A program made the position numbers and the translations under genes. A DNA stretch of 64,000 bases from an uncultured Candidatus Binatia bacterium (GTDB lineage: Bacteria; Desulfobacterota; Binatia; Bin18): the NCBI GenBank assembly GCA_965200965.1, contig OZ241744.1, positions 2,944,001-3,008,000 of the forward strand, given 5' to 3'. Under the pieces are notes generated by a model. The model saw nothing but the letters and a program-made list of their open reading frames with translations. It had not been told where the DNA came from and searched no databases. This document shows positions 1 to 9,138 of this stretch, piece by piece; the first letter of the stretch is position 1; each line of letters starts with the position of its first letter.

Positions 1-1797
1 GTTCTCGCCCGCCTTCTTGAACAGCAGGCGTACATCGGCCTCGCGTTCTGGAGAGAGCTGGAGGTCGGCGACGAGCGGCCGGTCAACAATATCGGCGGCG
101 TTGCGGGTATAGACCGGCGCGGTCCAGGCGGGCGGCAGGAGTGCGTCGAGGGCGCGCTTGTACTTGGCACAGGCTTCGCGGTTCACGCCGACCAGGAACG
201 CCTTGTAGCCGAGTGGCGCGACATTCTCCCTGAAGTGCCTGGCGACAAAGGCAGCGACCTTGTCTATGCGGTCATCCGCGGTCAGGAAGGTCCGCAGGCC
301 AACCGCCCGGTCAAGGACGGTGTTGAGTTCGTCAATGTCGCTCACGCCCTCAGTCTCGGCCAGGGCAAAGAACTCGCGATCGAGCCGCTCGGCCGGCATG
401 GTCATGGTGCTCGGGGCCAGGGTGTGGCGGAGCGGCAGGGTTGTTTCGTCTCTGATGGACTCAGCGATGGGGTACTTGTCGAGATATTTCTGGTCGTCGT
501 CCGCACCGAATATCTTGAAGGTGCTCTCGCCCTGCGTGGTCCGGTCAATCGGCGTGCCGGTGAATCCGATGATCGTGGCCTTGGGCACAGCCGCCATCAG
601 GTAGGTGCCCAGCTCTTTGGCGACCGAGCGGTGCGCCTCGTCAATGAACACATAGACGTTGTCGCGGGTGGTGGCGTCTTTCTCCAGACCCTCAAACTTG
701 TGGATCATGGACAGGATCAGGCCACGCTTGTCGGTGCTGAACAGCTCCCGCAGTTCGGCTCTGGAGTTTGCGTGCCACACCGCGATGTCCTGCCGCTGCA
801 TCTCGCCGAGCAGCTTTTCGACCCAGCCCGCGAGCTGGCCTTCGAGTTCCCTGCGGTCCACCACGACCACCACGGTCGGCGTGCGGAACCGGTGGCGGTC
901 TTCCAGGATCAGCCGCGCCGCGGTGAGCAGGGTAAAGGTCTTGCCCGACCCCTGGGTGTGCCAGATCAGCCCGCGCCGCTTTGTCGGGTCGGCGCAGCGT
1001 TCAACGATGCGGTCCACCGCGACGCGCTGGTGCTGGCGCAGCACCGACTTCCGCGTCTCGCCGTCTTCGACGTAGAAGAGAATCCAGTCGCGCAGGGTGC
1101 GCAGGAAAGCGGCCGGCTCGAAGAACGACTGAACGGCAAAGCGGTAGCTCTCCTGCGGCCGTTCCTTCCAACGCGCCATGAAGCGGCGCGAGGCGTTCCA
1201 GGTCACGCCGTACCAGTAGTCAAGGAGATGGGTGACGTTGAAAAGCTGGGCCGCGGCCAGCAGCTCGGGCGTCTCTTTTTCATAGCGCTGCAACTGGGTG
1301 ATACCCCGTTTAATGGCGTCGGCGTCTGTCGGGTTCTTGTGCTCAACAATGGCGGCCGGTACGCCGTTGACAACGAACATCAGGTCTGCACGGTTGCCCT
1401 TGCGGGCCGGGGGCTTGAGCCTCCACTCCCAGCTCACATGCAAGGCATTGGCGGCCGGCGTCTCAAAATCAACGAGCCGGACGGGCCGCTGACGCCGCTC
1501 GGCCTCGTCGTAGCACTGCCGCTCGCCACGCAGCCAGGCGAGCATCTCACGGTTGCCATCTATCGTTGGTGGCAGCGCTTCGAGCTTCTCGATCACGGCG
1601 CGGATAGCGTCCGCGGGCAGCCACGGGTTGAAGCGCCCAAGGGCGGCCTCGACCTCATCGCGCACCAGTGTCCCGGCCTCGCCCCCGCGCTTGCGCAGCG
1701 CGGCATGGGGCGCAAGCGGCGTCCAGCCGACCGCCGCGACGTGGCGGATCATCGGAAACTGGACGCTGGTTGCCTCGGTGATACTGAGGTCGGTCAC
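1..1797 (-). CDS. hsdR: Type I restriction endonuclease subunit R (partial, continues beyond window left edge)
   Basis: Not in ORF track (no stop in window). Manual translation from GTG at 1797 gives nuclease motifs [10 protein letters not shown]...IVEHK and QLQRY, Walker [13 protein letters not shown] box (IDEAHRS) and FTGTP. Start overlaps the upstream stop (GTGA). Confidence 0.95.
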   Translation of the reverse strand, partial: MTDLSITEATSVQFPMIRHVAAVGWTPLAPHAALRKRGGEAGTLVRDEVEAALGRFNPWLPADAIRAVIEKLEALPPTIDGNREMLAWLRGERQCYDEAERRQRPVRLVDFETPAANALHVSWEWRLKPPARKGNRADLMFVVNGVPAAIVEHKNPTDADAIKRGITQLQRYEKETPELLAAAQLFNVTHLLDYWYGVTWNASRRFMARWKERPQESYRFAVQSFFEPAAFLRTLRDWILFYVEDGETRKSVLRQHQRVAVDRIVERCADPTKRRGLIWHTQGSGKTFTLLTAARLILEDRHRFRTPTVVVVVDRRELEGQLAGWVEKLLGEMQRQDIAVWHANSRAELRELFSTDKRGLILSMIHKFEGLEKDATTRDNVYVFIDEAHRSVAKELGTYLMAAVPKATIIGFTGTPIDRTTQGESTFKIFGADDDQKYLDKYPIAESIRDETTLPLRHTLAPSTMTMPAERLDREFFALAETEGVSDIDELNTVLDRAVGLRTFLTADDRIDKVAAFVARHFRENVAPLGYKAFLVGVNREACAKYKRALDALLPPAWTAPVYTRNAADIVDRPLVADLQLSPEREADVRLLFKKAGEN

Positions 1798-1800
1798 GAC
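1568..1800. repeat. 233-bp direct repeat copy A (5' end of intact hsdR)
   Basis: Aligns by eye with 3659-3891, 8 mismatches, no indels. Confidence 0.95.
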
Positions 1801-3485
1801 GAAACTTCCCTGTCGGCCTTCAGCAGGGCGTGAACAAGGTCGGCCCGGCGGAAGGTTGCCGACAGGCGTTGCAGCGTCCGCTCTCTGTCGCTGAACAGCG
1901 GGGCAAGCGCCTCTCCAATCTGTTGCTCGGCCCGCGACACATAGCTGTTCGCCTCGTGTTCGATCAGGTCCCGCGCCTGCCCGAAGTTCCGGTGGTCAAG
2001 CTGCTGGAGCTTAACCTCCATATCTTTCAGGAGATAGCGACCCATGAGCATGGCGATGAAACGCGAACCATAGGCGAGAAAGTCAGGCGCGTCTTGGGGC
2101 GGCCTCTTGCGGCGGTTTTCCGCGTGTCTGAGCAACAGGGCGGCGCTGATCGCTTGTGCTCCGTTCAGGTTTTTCTCAAAGATCGTATCGTACAACGCGC
2201 CGAAACGTTCCCGGCCCCTGAACCTGGCCTGATGCGGACGGTTACGCCAGACCGCCAGGACCGCTTCGGCAATGACTGCACTCGTAAACTCATCAGCCGT
2301 CACCGTCCGGTCCTCACGTTTGGCGCGGTACTTGTAGCCCAAACCGGCAATCGCCTCGGCGAGGTTTTTTTGATGTGGATCGTTGGCTTTCAAATCTCGC
2401 AGATCGACCGGATTCTGGCTGTTGGTGGCGAAGGTAATGGCCTCAACAAGTTCGCTGTCGTCCGGCGGAAGCTCGTATATGCGGACAAGCACTTCCGCCG
2501 CTCCGATTTCTGGTCCGATTTCCGCGTATACCCGCTGAACGGTGCGGGCGGTCTGTACGCCGTTCACGATTTGCAGGTCGTTCACCTGCACGGGCCAATT
2601 GACCCGTTGCAGCGCGTTGTGGCGAAACTGGGAGCAGGTGAGGGTGAGGCCATTGTTATAGAAATAGAAGTTGGCCCGCTGGTCCGGGTCGCGCAACGTG
2701 TCCGCCACCGCTTCGTTCACGCGGTTGCCGGCAAGGCCCAGATAGTGGCGGATATTCCTTTCAAATAATTTATTGTCGTAGGTCGTGGTCAGATGGACGA
2801 GTTCGGCGACGGACATGCGCCCGATCAAGACCCGCCGAAAGTCAAAGGTTTCGACGGTCGCTTGCCCGCTGAGCTTCAACTCGGCGCTGATCGGCTGTCT
2901 GGCCTTCAAGAGTGCGAGGATATCTTCGGGGCCAATATAGCGCCATTCGACCTGCCTGCTGAACTCCTTTTCGGCGTTGTTGATACGTTGCTGCGCTTCC
3001 CCTGTCCACCGCTTCCCATTGTTTGCCGCAACCGCGGTCACGCGCGGAATTGCGCCCCCTTTGACAAACGACCGGATTTCTTCGACCCGCTGCTCGAGTC
3101 GTTGATTCAAACTGACGGTGGTTGTCGGGTCAAAGAGTGTGCCGATTGCGTCAATCATCCTGGCGATTGCGTTTTCGGGGAAGGCTGAGTCTCCGCTGAG
3201 GTCTGTTTTGTATTTTCCCTGGATCAGGATGATGGGGATCTCACCGTTATCGGGCGGATAAAAGTACAGCGCGTCAACCCCGAAATCGTTGCCGCCATCG
3301 ACAATGCCGTCAAACGCCTCCTCGTCGGTCAGGTCGAATGCCGTTTTGGCGACAAGGAACAGGAAGGCTGCGGTGCGTTTCTTGTGCTCGTCGCTTCCTA
3401 GCCGCAGTTCAGCGGCAAAAGTATCGGTGTGTTTCTCGATGATGCCGGAGACCTGCTGGTCAACGATCTGCGTCGCTAGAGACAT
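1794..3485 (-). CDS. AIPR family protein (abortive infection phage resistance)
   Basis: Motifs [47 protein letters not shown]; GGAGGAGG RBS; type I RM context is typical for AIPR. Confidence 0.9.
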   Translation of the reverse strand: MSLATQIVDQQVSGIIEKHTDTFAAELRLGSDEHKKRTAAFLFLVAKTAFDLTDEEAFDGIVDGGNDFGVDALYFYPPDNGEIPIILIQGKYKTDLSGDSAFPENAIARMIDAIGTLFDPTTTVSLNQRLEQRVEEIRSFVKGGAIPRVTAVAANNGKRWTGEAQQRINNAEKEFSRQVEWRYIGPEDILALLKARQPISAELKLSGQATVETFDFRRVLIGRMSVAELVHLTTTYDNKLFERNIRHYLGLAGNRVNEAVADTLRDPDQRANFYFYNNGLTLTCSQFRHNALQRVNWPVQVNDLQIVNGVQTARTVQRVYAEIGPEIGAAEVLVRIYELPPDDSELVEAITFATNSQNPVDLRDLKANDPHQKNLAEAIAGLGYKYRAKREDRTVTADEFTSAVIAEAVLAVWRNRPHQARFRGRERFGALYDTIFEKNLNGAQAISAALLLRHAENRRKRPPQDAPDFLAYGSRFIAMLMGRYLLKDMEVKLQQLDHRNFGQARDLIEHEANSYVSRAEQQIGEALAPLFSDRERTLQRLSATFRRADLVHALLKADREVSS

Positions 3486-3658
3486 GGCCCTCCTCCATTA
3501 TCTACTGTTGGTCATATAGCTCCTGCTTCGGCTACTGACGTGCTGGCACGAGACCTTTTGCTTGAAATGTAGTTGCGCATGGCCTTGCCCTCAAGAACTT
3601 GCTGGTAAGTTGAAGATATCGCGCTTCAGTTGTTCGTACACGGGCATTCCTGGTTTTC

Positions 3659-3891
3659 GGTGGCAGCGCTTCGATTTTTTCAATCACGGCGCAGATAGCG
3701 TCCGCGGGCAGCCACGGGTTGAAGCGCCCAAGGGCAGCCTCGACCTCATCGCGCACCAGTGTCCCGGCCTCACCCCCGCGCTTGCGCAGCGCGGCATGGG
3801 GCGCAAGCGGCGTCCAGCCGACCGCCGCGACGTGGCGGATCATCGGAAACTGGACGCTGGTTGCCTCGGTGATGCTGAGGTCGGTCACGAC
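3659..3891 (-). pseudogene. Truncated duplicate of hsdR 5' end (direct repeat copy B)
   Basis: Encodes [19 protein letters not shown]...EALPP, nearly identical to the HsdR N-terminus, then runs into unrelated sequence (track ORF 3532..3909). Confidence 0.9.
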
Positions 3892-3909
3892 AATTCCTAT
3901 CAAGTCCAA

Positions 3910-4512
3910 CTATGAGTTGGCCCGTCTCATTGGTCGGCTCAAGTCGTACTGGCAGCGGCTGCGATCCTCAAAGGCTGCATCAACCAGGGACTTGAGTCTC
4001 CTCACGTTGAGTCTCTTCCAGGGTATGACCGAAATTTTAGCCTCCGGCTTCAGGAAATTGTCGATAAGCCGGTCAGGCATGTAGGGATATCTGCGCTCAT
4101 ACTCCGCCCTGGTGTTGAGCGATGTCCACGAGAAGTCTGGATAGATCTCCTTTTCTGCTTCTCCGTGAGATATCCGAATTTCTTCGTCACCGCTGTATGG
4201 GGTAGGCAGTGTGATAACTAAGATTCCCGACTTCTTATTGACCCGACCATCGTACATGCTTGAATAGATTTCCCAATCAACATGCTTCCTCCGCTTCGTC
4301 TGGGTTCCAACCAAGACAATCGTCACCGTGGAGTCTCTGAGATAATCGTCCCTGATTTTCTCCCGGATGCTCTCATCACTGAGGCTGTCCGAAATGTCGC
4401 CTGTATCGACCGACTGATCGATGAATATGGAGTGTTGCTCCCCCCAATTAACCAGGCTCTCTTTGTACCGCTGATCGTTCTCGTGGTGATAGCTGATGAA
4501 TACCTTATGCAC
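3910..4512 (-). CDS. ThsB-like TIR domain protein (MTH538/DUF1863 type)
   Basis: GTG start after AAGGAGG; HKVFISYHH...IRDDYLRDSTVTIVLVG...RKHVDWEI with the predicted catalytic Glu. Confidence 0.88.
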   Translation of the reverse strand: MHKVFISYHHENDQRYKESLVNWGEQHSIFIDQSVDTGDISDSLSDESIREKIRDDYLRDSTVTIVLVGTQTKRRKHVDWEIYSSMYDGRVNKKSGILVITLPTPYSGDEEIRISHGEAEKEIYPDFSWTSLNTRAEYERRYPYMPDRLIDNFLKPEAKISVIPWKRLNVRRLKSLVDAAFEDRSRCQYDLSRPMRRANS

Positions 4513-5353
4513 TGGGGCCTCCTTTGGATTTGATATCAGTCGGATCACGGAGTATCTGCTTCAGACCCCGCGATACGAGCGTGACCGCCTGGTCGATATG
4601 CGGCGTCCGAGCGAGAAGGGCGTTCTCTTCGTCAGATAGTCCGTTGTGCAGATCGTTCGGCGAGTAGTGCGCAAAGCCCGGGCGACCGTCCCAGGTGCCT
4701 CGAGACCCGGCCCAGGAATCTACAAGCCCGAGCGTTTCCGCGATATCACGAGCACAGCCACCGAAGCCGCCAATCAGGAAGAGCGACTGGCCAGTCTCAA
4801 GCGACAGCAGGGCTTCTTCGGCGATGCCTGGCATCCGTCCTTTGTAGCCCTCTACCCGCCCGCCGAGCACGATACGCGCGTGGGTCTCATCCCGCATAAC
4901 AACCCGCATCGTTGTCAGACCTTCGGCCCACTCATTGGCGTCAGGCTCATGTGTCGGGAGTTTCAGGCGTTGCTCCGGCTCCAGGCGAGCGCCGTCCTGT
5001 GCAAGAAAGATGAGCGCCGCTGAGCTTTCATGGCCAGCCGAAAAGTCAGTAAGGGCGGCCGCCGTCATCCGGATGTGAACGGGCCAAGCCAGGTAGTCGG
5101 TCACGGCAATCTGTCCACCGTGATCGGGGTGGCCCCGATAGCGCGCAAGCAGTTCAAACAACAGTTCAGTAAAGCCATGAGTGCGCAGGTCGCCACCGTA
5201 TGCCAGACATGTTCCTGAAGAGAGCACCTGCAACGCAATCTTGGCCATCGCATATTGCAGGTGCTCGTTGCTCAGTCCGAACACCGCCATATCAGGACTT
5301 TCCGATATCGAAATTGCGACCGTAGGCAGTACCTTGGCGTCTTGAAGTATCAT
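4505..5353 (-). CDS. Stand-alone SLOG superfamily protein (LD/SLOG cluster 2-like)
   Basis: VAISISESPD...LAYGGDLR...ARIVLGGR..GYKGRMPGIAEEA...LIGGFGGCA are SLOG nucleotide-binding motifs; ATG at 5353 after GGAGG overlaps the upstream stop. Confidence 0.8.
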   Translation of the reverse strand: MILQDAKVLPTVAISISESPDMAVFGLSNEHLQYAMAKIALQVLSSGTCLAYGGDLRTHGFTELLFELLARYRGHPDHGGQIAVTDYLAWPVHIRMTAAALTDFSAGHESSAALIFLAQDGARLEPEQRLKLPTHEPDANEWAEGLTTMRVVMRDETHARIVLGGRVEGYKGRMPGIAEEALLSLETGQSLFLIGGFGGCARDIAETLGLVDSWAGSRGTWDGRPGFAHYSPNDLHNGLSDEENALLARTPHIDQAVTLVSRGLKQILRDPTDIKSKGGPSA

Positions 5354-6546
5354 TGGATTTCCTCCAGCCATTTCTTCAGTGTCCGCAGGCGCACATTCGG
5401 TGCAATCTCCTGGAACAAGCGAGCCTCATCAGTGCCTAGGAGCGGTTCAGGATAGACAATTGTCGAATCTCTTCCACCCTGAAGCTCTTGCAACGCAGCT
5501 AACAAGATCAGTTCCGGCGGTCGAGCCGTGAACAGCACCTGAGGGTAGGCGTCTTTGAATCGCTCGACACGGCAGCGCCATAGGTAGGTTCGGAAAACTT
5601 CGGCAAGCAAGCATTCGATGACCGCATCAATCCGGCCCTGCCGATCCTGCTGATCTGGGTTCATCCGAACGATCGGAACATTCCCCATGTACGGGATACC
5701 GCGCTGGTCGGTGTCGCGCAGGCAATCAACGACAATCATCGGTACATGGCGGCGCTTGGCCTCAATGACCTCTCGCCGGCACCACTCGCGGCACGAATAG
5801 GAGTCCGTGTGCAACGCCATGACGATGCTGGTTTCGATCTCATGTAACAGAACCTTTTGGAAGGGCGAGCCAGCCGGGATGTCAAGGACATCGAAAAAAC
5901 TCGCCAAAGCACTGTGCTTATGGAGCCAATTCCGAATCCTCCGCGCAACAGGTTCACCGTCGTTGTCGTGCTTCGAGTGGCTGATGAATACCTGAATTTT
6001 CTCCAGGTAACTTGCAAGCGGTGCCTCTGCTGTTTCAGGTCGGCGGAGCAGGCTGAGGCGATGCCTGAGCATTCGACTGAACTCATAGGTCAGACTGCTG
6101 ACGAGGCGTTGCTCCCGTTCCGGGTGTGATCCTTTCCAACGGTCCCAACGCAATGCCTGCTCCTCAAGGCGAAGATCAAGGCCCTTGGGCTCCATCACAA
6201 CAGGGATGAGCCGAGTGGTGAGATCTCTCGTCTGGGTGTTCTGTGCCAGTTCACGAACATAGTCTGTCCATGCCCGATCGTCGACAAGCGCTGCGTCTAG
6301 CAGAACAACAGCGGTGGTCGTTTCTGCCTCGTCCCACTCGATCGGCAATGGCGCAAGCGCGCCGGCTGGCGCTTGGTTACGGTAGAGAACGCTCAACCCG
6401 GAGTCTCCGGCAACGTTTCGATGGCAGTCTCGCCCGAAACGCCTGCGAAGCAGGTCCGCCACTTGGCCGCCGTTTGCATTTGAGGGGTGCCAGACGACAT
6501 AGAGAGCGAAAAGTGGCCGGGTTGTTGTTTCCATGTCGTCGTTCAT
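5350..6546 (-). CDS. Tandem TIR protein (degenerate N-terminal TIR-like domain plus intact TIR domain)
   Basis: C-terminal TIR VFISHSKHD...FFDVLDI...WCRREVIEAK; N-terminal LYVVWHPS...AVVLLD...RLIPV repeats the strand pattern without the WCxxE motif; ATGA overlap with hsdS stop. Confidence 0.8.
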   Translation of the reverse strand: MNDDMETTTRPLFALYVVWHPSNANGGQVADLLRRRFGRDCHRNVAGDSGLSVLYRNQAPAGALAPLPIEWDEAETTTAVVLLDAALVDDRAWTDYVRELAQNTQTRDLTTRLIPVVMEPKGLDLRLEEQALRWDRWKGSHPEREQRLVSSLTYEFSRMLRHRLSLLRRPETAEAPLASYLEKIQVFISHSKHDNDGEPVARRIRNWLHKHSALASFFDVLDIPAGSPFQKVLLHEIETSIVMALHTDSYSCREWCRREVIEAKRRHVPMIVVDCLRDTDQRGIPYMGNVPIVRMNPDQQDRQGRIDAVIECLLAEVFRTYLWRCRVERFKDAYPQVLFTARPPELILLAALQELQGGRDSTIVYPEPLLGTDEARLFQEIAPNVRLRTLKKWLEEIQ

Positions 6547-7817
6547 GCCTGAAGAGCCGGCGTTACCCCTGACAAATCAAGCTCACCCACTCGAATCTCG
6601 CCCGTCATCAGCTTGTGCAGCAACGCCTTGAACAGGTCGTCCAGCGCCGCCCGTTTCCTGCGGTGCAGGTCAATTTTGCGGTCTATGGCGTCAAGGATGA
6701 TGACGATTTCACGTTGCTCGTCAAGATTGGGAGCAGGCATCAAGAGCTCGCCGAGCCGTGCATGTGAAAGGTTCGGAATCGTCGTGCGGTTGCCGGCACC
6801 TTCATAAATGCCTCGATGAAGAAAGCCTTCCTCAAGCCAGAACATTGCAAATTTTGGGACGATCCGCCCAGGGGCCAGGGGACGCAAGCGGTGTAGGTGG
6901 TTCTGAAATGTGGTGTTTGTGCCCTTAGCCTCATCCTCCCAAACGGCGGCCCGTCCAATTTCTCCTCCCTCGCATACTAATAAGTCTCCTTTCTTCAGGT
7001 CACGGTCTCCAATCGACGCCGGGTCAATGCGCATGTGACTCACCGTGCTTAACTCTATACGTCCCCAATAGACATTGGATGTGCGAAGGAAGGGAACGCC
7101 CTGTCCATTTTCCGACAAATTCCTTTTCAGAGAAAATCCTTGTACAATATCAAAAAGCGTACCGAACGGTGTCGGCTGCCAACTCTCCGGTATTAGGCCG
7201 ATCTCGGTTTCCTTCTGGGCTTCGCCCCGCAGGCCGCGTGTGAACAGCGTGTGCATTGCGGAGCGTTTGAGGTCATGGGCCGCAGCTAATGCGTTGTCCT
7301 GGTTCGCTATTGAACGCCTGACGAAATCGAGCGTACTGGCTATTGAAGACTGCTCCTCGAAAGACGGAACAAAAATATCTATCCGGTTGATCTTTTCACG
7401 GTTCAAGGTATTTCCCTTGATTTGTCGGTCTTGTAGAGCCGTGTAGTCAACCTGTGAGAGAAAATAGCCGAGGTATCTCTGATTGATTCCGCTCTTTGGG
7501 ATAATTGAGATTATCGCTTCGTTGTGACAAGCGTTGATTCCGAGTGTTGCAATGCGTCCTATAGTCAATTTGAAACTCATCAGAAGAGTTCCGGCGGGAA
7601 CGATCTGTCCACGGAACACATTCTCCATTGCTTCGGAGGTAACTGTTTCTTTCGTTTTGGTAATCAGACCGAAGTCATTCATGTCTGATATCGTGACCCA
7701 TGGGACATTTGCATTGCTTCCTTGCCAATAAGCAGAGTTATCCCGAGCTGGAGTACGACCAGCTTTGTAGGTTGCTATGTCTTCAAAACGACATACTGTC
7801 CAGGAATCAGGAATCAT
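6543..7817 (-). CDS. hsdS: Type I RM specificity subunit S
   Basis: Two TRDs separated by P..EEQ..I...LFTRGLRGEAQKETEIGLIPESW; IPDSW/IPESW repeat; C-terminal LLHKLMTGEIRV. Confidence 0.95.
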   Translation of the reverse strand: MIPDSWTVCRFEDIATYKAGRTPARDNSAYWQGSNANVPWVTISDMNDFGLITKTKETVTSEAMENVFRGQIVPAGTLLMSFKLTIGRIATLGINACHNEAIISIIPKSGINQRYLGYFLSQVDYTALQDRQIKGNTLNREKINRIDIFVPSFEEQSSIASTLDFVRRSIANQDNALAAAHDLKRSAMHTLFTRGLRGEAQKETEIGLIPESWQPTPFGTLFDIVQGFSLKRNLSENGQGVPFLRTSNVYWGRIELSTVSHMRIDPASIGDRDLKKGDLLVCEGGEIGRAAVWEDEAKGTNTTFQNHLHRLRPLAPGRIVPKFAMFWLEEGFLHRGIYEGAGNRTTIPNLSHARLGELLMPAPNLDEQREIVIILDAIDRKIDLHRRKRAALDDLFKALLHKLMTGEIRVGELDLSGVTPALQA

Positions 7818-9069
7818 TGTCAGGGGCCCTTTTAGGAATGTTGAACGCCTGGACAGCCAGATAGATATCCCTGCCAGGATCGTTTTTTTGCCGAAATGAG
7901 TATCGGGTATGCGTATCGTTGACTTTGCGCAGTTTGCGCTTGAAATTTGGATGCTGGGGAATAGTTTTCTCTATGCGGTTGAGGACATTAGTGAAATCAG
8001 CATTCTTGCTGAATATCACCAGCGCTGCTTTTGTATCTCTCCATGTAAGATATCCAAGAATCTGCTCTATGGCAGCGTGCATCGCCTTTGGTCCAGACCA
8101 GAACTTGCATTCGGCTATGAACACGTTCCGACCATCTGCACGGATCAGAATGTCTGTCTTGCCCTGTGCGTTGAATGTCTCACCAGTCGCTCCGCCCTCG
8201 TAGAGACCATTTAGGCTCACCAAGATAAGATCTCGTATCTGTTGTTCCTCCAGATGCACAAAGGTACTCGGGTTTCGCTCAATTGATATGGAGAGATTAT
8301 CAATGACCTCTAAAATATCGTTGTATTGAGCATCAGAAAGCTCTGGCTCCGGCTTGAATGTTTCTTTGGGCGATGATGGTACGTCAATTTTGCGTTTCTT
8401 TCGGACTATTGGGATAGCGGCAGTAGCCGCGGTGTTCTCACGTCTCTTGAGCGGTAAACCAATGGCCTTCACCATATCGGCTTGTTCGAGAATCCGCTGC
8501 TTGCGATCTCGTACACACTGCTCGGCTAAAGATTGAACACGCCCATTCCAGCCATTGCAGTCGTTTTTCACATAGTTCAAATTATGTTCAATACGATCTA
8601 TTTCGTTCAGAATTGCTTGACGAGTTTGATGAGCGTCAAGCCTAACATCTTGAAACGAGATTAGAATCTCAGATTCCGATATGCGTCCACGCGGCGGATT
8701 GGATGCAAAGGTTGATGCTTGGAATCTGAAGAAATCTCCGTCTCCCTCAAAGGGAATAGAGATGGTTACATATGACCCGGAAACGTAATGCGGATGGCTT
8801 CGATCAAATATCCCATATTCAAAACGGCCGCTTACGTCAATGCGCGTTTCGCCCTCGCTTTCGATATACCTTTGGTCGGGGAGCAAGCGGGGTGGATCAA
8901 GCGTGAATTTTTCGACAAGGTAGGCAACCAGATCGGATTCACTCGTCGCTAGAATCTTGTTTCGCTCCCAACCCTCCACCTCCTTGATAATCTCAGTCTC
9001 ATAGGCGTCTATCAATGCGCGAAGATCCTTTTCGCGGAAGAGAAGATAGTGTTCTGAACGTGACATCAT
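7807..9069 (-). CDS. Hypothetical protein with C-terminal PD-(D/E)xK nuclease-like domain
   Basis: E..IRD...GETFNAQGKTDILIR...FIAECKFW..AIEQILGY resembles a restriction-endonuclease-fold active site; ATG at 9069 after GGAG; AT-richer than flanks. Confidence 0.65.
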   Translation of the reverse strand: MMSRSEHYLLFREKDLRALIDAYETEIIKEVEGWERNKILATSESDLVAYLVEKFTLDPPRLLPDQRYIESEGETRIDVSGRFEYGIFDRSHPHYVSGSYVTISIPFEGDGDFFRFQASTFASNPPRGRISESEILISFQDVRLDAHQTRQAILNEIDRIEHNLNYVKNDCNGWNGRVQSLAEQCVRDRKQRILEQADMVKAIGLPLKRRENTAATAAIPIVRKKRKIDVPSSPKETFKPEPELSDAQYNDILEVIDNLSISIERNPSTFVHLEEQQIRDLILVSLNGLYEGGATGETFNAQGKTDILIRADGRNVFIAECKFWSGPKAMHAAIEQILGYLTWRDTKAALVIFSKNADFTNVLNRIEKTIPQHPNFKRKLRKVNDTHTRYSFRQKNDPGRDIYLAVQAFNIPKRAPDNDS

Positions 9070-9138
9070 TTTTACTCCATGCCCAGCGTATTGACTATAC
9101 AAGATCGCAGTCCACAAATGAACATTCTTCCGATCTCG

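Noticed and set aside
235-1833. 532-aa plus-strand ORF in the track
   Set aside because: Antisense shadow of hsdR, whose motifs are on the minus strand.
1568-3891. hsdR repeat pair as a diversity-generating retroelement TR/VR
   Set aside because: No reverse transcriptase in the window; the repeat is at a gene 5' end and the mismatches look like ordinary GC>AT decay in the stub.
3532-3909. 125-aa ORF as a functional gene
   Set aside because: It is the hsdR stub read through into unrelated sequence.
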